40,318 nucleotides of DNA from Candidatus Micrarchaeaceae archaeon (GTDB lineage Archaea > Micrarchaeota > Micrarchaeia > Micrarchaeales > CABMGC01), in the NCBI GenBank assembly GCA_038878295.1, contig JAVZVY010000004.1:1-40318 (forward strand), in the 5' to 3' direction. This document shows, in pieces, positions 38,401-40,318 of the stretch. A program made the position numbers and the translations under genes. Every line of letters begins with the position of its first letter. Positions within the stretch are counted from its first letter, which is position 1. The notes beneath the pieces were generated by a model that was not told the origin of the DNA, did no database searches, and saw only the letters and a list, made by a program, of their open reading frames with translations.

Positions 38401-39246
38401 CTAGCTCGTATAATTAACTATTAATTGGTAAATGTGGTTTGCAGCGCCGATTGTGTAATTTTGGTCGTAGTTGTCGATTGAATAATAGGCTCCCAGAACC
38501 ATCACATAGTTTTTGTATAGGAACATGATGCTTTGATAGCCAAGGTCTTTGCCGACGTTTTGGCTTACTATGAAAGCATTGCTGCCTATATTAACTGGTC
38601 TGCTGATTATGTGATACACGAACGAGCTGTTTATTGTAGAGGTCCGGTTTACTTCTCCTTGGGGTACATACGAAGCTTCATACATTTTGGATGCATTATC
38701 TGCGCTGTTGAATACGAATACGGAAGCTGTGACTTGTAGAGGCAAACCTTGCGGGTTGCTCAGTGTTGGTGGTATAGTTAGGTTGTATGCTTGATAAATA
38801 CTAGTTAGATTCAGCCAGGGCGCAGTGAAATTGAATCCGTAGGTGTCACTATCTTGGTATGTCAAATCGTGAAAGATAGATCCGGCAGGATAATTTGCTG
38901 GGTTTGTTACAGGCCCAAGATCTATGAAAATAGGTATATAATCGCTCGGCAGCGATGGAAATGAATACAGTGCATTTGTCTCGTTGACTATTTGCATCAC
39001 GAAAGTATACTGGCTTTGTTTCGCAGGGATGATTGTAGTTGTTGTATTGGTTGTTGTGACTGCTATCGTGATTGGAGTTGTGGTTGTAGCAGGTTTGCTG
39101 CTCGTGGAAAGTTTAATAGCCACGAATAGCACAGCAATCAGGACTATCACTATAGCGACCGATGAAACAAGGACCTTTCTGCTACTTCCATTAGTATTTT
39201 TAGGATTGCTAACAGCGCCATTTTCTAGCTCAGCTTCAAAAATCAT
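38401..39246 (-). CDS. Membrane-anchored extracellular protein with Thr-rich stalk, paralog type A (copy 1)
   Basis: TM, poly-Thr linker, TNALYSFP, YGFNFTAP, PLQVTASVFVFNSADNA, FLYKNYVM, NYTIGAANHIY. Start placed at ATG 39246, 10 nt after the upstream stop. Confidence 0.75.
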   Translation of the reverse strand: MIFEAELENGAVSNPKNTNGSSRKVLVSSVAIVIVLIAVLFVAIKLSTSSKPATTTTPITIAVTTTNTTTTIIPAKQSQYTFVMQIVNETNALYSFPSLPSDYIPIFIDLGPVTNPANYPAGSIFHDLTYQDSDTYGFNFTAPWLNLTSIYQAYNLTIPPTLSNPQGLPLQVTASVFVFNSADNASKMYEASYVPQGEVNRTSTINSSFVYHIISRPVNIGSNAFIVSQNVGKDLGYQSIMFLYKNYVMVLGAYYSIDNYDQNYTIGAANHIYQLIVNYTS

Positions 39247-39256
39247 ACAATCCACA

Positions 39257-40318
39257 TTATGTAGCCAAATATCCGTCAACTATAAGGTTGTCTACTGGTG
39301 CAGCGTTTACATCATATACTGTTTCTGTCATACTCACTATTGTGATGCTTTCCACAGGCACTTGCTTGTTAGTCAATGGGCTAAATAGCATATCTCCTAT
39401 TTTTATCTTGCTCGCCCTTATCAACTGCCCATTTACATAAAGCGGCTCGTTTGCATCTACTGTAAGGTTGCCGTTTATCACATATTCTTGGTTTACAGTG
39501 TGCGGCGTTACGCTTAGCACTACCGACGGTACCAGCTCGCCCGTTTGTGTATTGTACGAGAGCAATACCATTCCTGGGGAGAGTTTGTCTGCCTCAATGG
39601 TGGTGCCATTGAACATGGTTATGGAGGAGGTGCCTGAAAACGAAAGGTACTGTGTGCAACTGGACGTTGTATCGAGGTCTATTATGAAGCCGTTTGCCAG
39701 ATAGTCATTAACCGGCGAGCCCACAAAGTCGTATACTTTCCCTATTCCGCTCGCGTTGTTAAATATCTGTATCGAATTTATAGTTATATTCTTTCCAAGC
39801 AATGGGTCATAATATACGTCGCCAACTCTTGCAGTATAAGCTCTAACCCACTGTCCGTTTATGAACATTATCTCTGTGCCGTCGACACTCAGATTGTTGT
39901 TGAAGATATACTTGTTTGTGGCAACGCGCGAATACACAGCTGTTATGACCGATGGCTCAAGCGTGTGCGAATACATATTGTATGAAAGAATAACAGTTCC
40001 GGGTTTAATCTCTGAAGCCAGCTCTGTTGTTCCGTTTGCAAGCTCTATGTTTGCATTGCCATATACGGAACATTGAGTTCCATAAATGCAGCTGCCAACA
40101 GTGGAACAAGTGCTGGTCGTTTTGGTTGCGGCATTGGTGGCTTTATTGGTGTAACTGGTGTATGAGGTTGCGGCATTGGTTGGTGCATTTGTGGCTTTAT
40201 TAGTGTAACCGGTGTAGTGGGTTGCGGCATTGGTTGGTGCATTTGTGGCTTTATTAGTGTAACCGGTGTAGTGGGTTGCGGCATTGGTTGGTGCATTTGT
40301 GTCTGCATTGGTGTAACT
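39257..40318 (-). CDS. C-terminal part of a surface protein with 18-aa Thr-rich repeats and two tandem Hint-like domains (5' end outside window)
   Basis: Frame is open from 40318: (YTNKATNAPTNAATHYTG)n-KTTSTCSTVGSCIYGTQC-Hint1 (40069-39677; SVYGNANIELANG...VYDF...YLANGFIID)-linker-Hint2 (39643-39260; SFSGTSSITMFNG...VYDV...LIVDGYLAT*). Confidence 0.85.
   Translation of the reverse strand, partial: SYTNADTNAPTNAATHYTGYTNKATNAPTNAATHYTGYTNKATNAPTNAATSYTSYTNKATNAATKTTSTCSTVGSCIYGTQCSVYGNANIELANGTTELASEIKPGTVILSYNMYSHTLEPSVITAVYSRVATNKYIFNNNLSVDGTEIMFINGQWVRAYTARVGDVYYDPLLGKNITINSIQIFNNASGIGKVYDFVGSPVNDYLANGFIIDLDTTSSCTQYLSFSGTSSITMFNGTTIEADKLSPGMVLLSYNTQTGELVPSVVLSVTPHTVNQEYVINGNLTVDANEPLYVNGQLIRASKIKIGDMLFSPLTNKQVPVESITIVSMTETVYDVNAAPVDNLIVDGYLAT
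40124..40318. repeat. 54-bp coding tandem repeat (at least 3 full units plus partials; continues past window edge)
   Basis: Units start at 40149, 40203, 40257 and 40311 (GTGTAAC...). A shortened unit lies at 40124-40148. Confidence 0.92.

Noticed and set aside
39257..40069. Classical self-splicing intein
   Set aside because: No TxxH, no terminal His-Asn, no C-extein after the second domain and no homing endonuclease.
40..40076. Numerous short antisense or overlapping ORFs in the track (e.g. 2093..2563, 5728..6288, 23853..24329)
   Set aside because: They are shadows of well-supported genes and have no recognisable motifs.
40045..40308. 87-aa PQMHQPMPQP-repeat ORF in the track
   Set aside because: It is an alternative frame of the repeat. 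The frame continuous with the Hint domains is the likely coding one.
40124..40318. Possible CRISPR array
   Set aside because: The units are contiguous 54-bp repeats with no unique spacers, keep the reading frame, and no cas genes are present.

Overview
Archaeal chromosomal window, most likely from a DPANN/Micrarchaeota-type organism. This is inferred from Alba, archaeal TyrRS, CarS, EndoQ, TATA boxes about 25-30 nt upstream of start codons, a BHB-type tRNA intron and Micrarchaeota-style LamG/surface proteins. The left half (~1-19.6 kb) is compact, moderate-GC housekeeping DNA. It holds a GT2/radical SAM/carbamoyltransferase/GT-C cluster, polyamine genes, archaeal lipid genes (DGGGPS-like UbiA, carS), DNA repair and nucleotide-sanitising genes, tyrS, tRNA-Arg(CCT) with a T-loop (59/60) intron, tRNA-Val(CAC) and a 558-bp defective IS with TIRs and an 8-bp TSD. 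The right half (~19.7-40.3 kb) is a visibly AT-richer cell-surface and glycosylation region. It has five GT-C-type membrane proteins, a GT2, two near-identical beta-propeller genes and a LamG gene interrupted by one in-frame TAG. At the far end is the 3' part of a gene encoding 18-aa Thr-rich repeats and two tandem non-canonical Hint domains, followed by four related membrane-anchored proteins in an ABAB pattern. That last locus and the Cys-depleted radical SAM/carbamoyltransferase cluster are the best candidates for undescribed systems. All family calls come from motif recognition by eye; no database searches were run.
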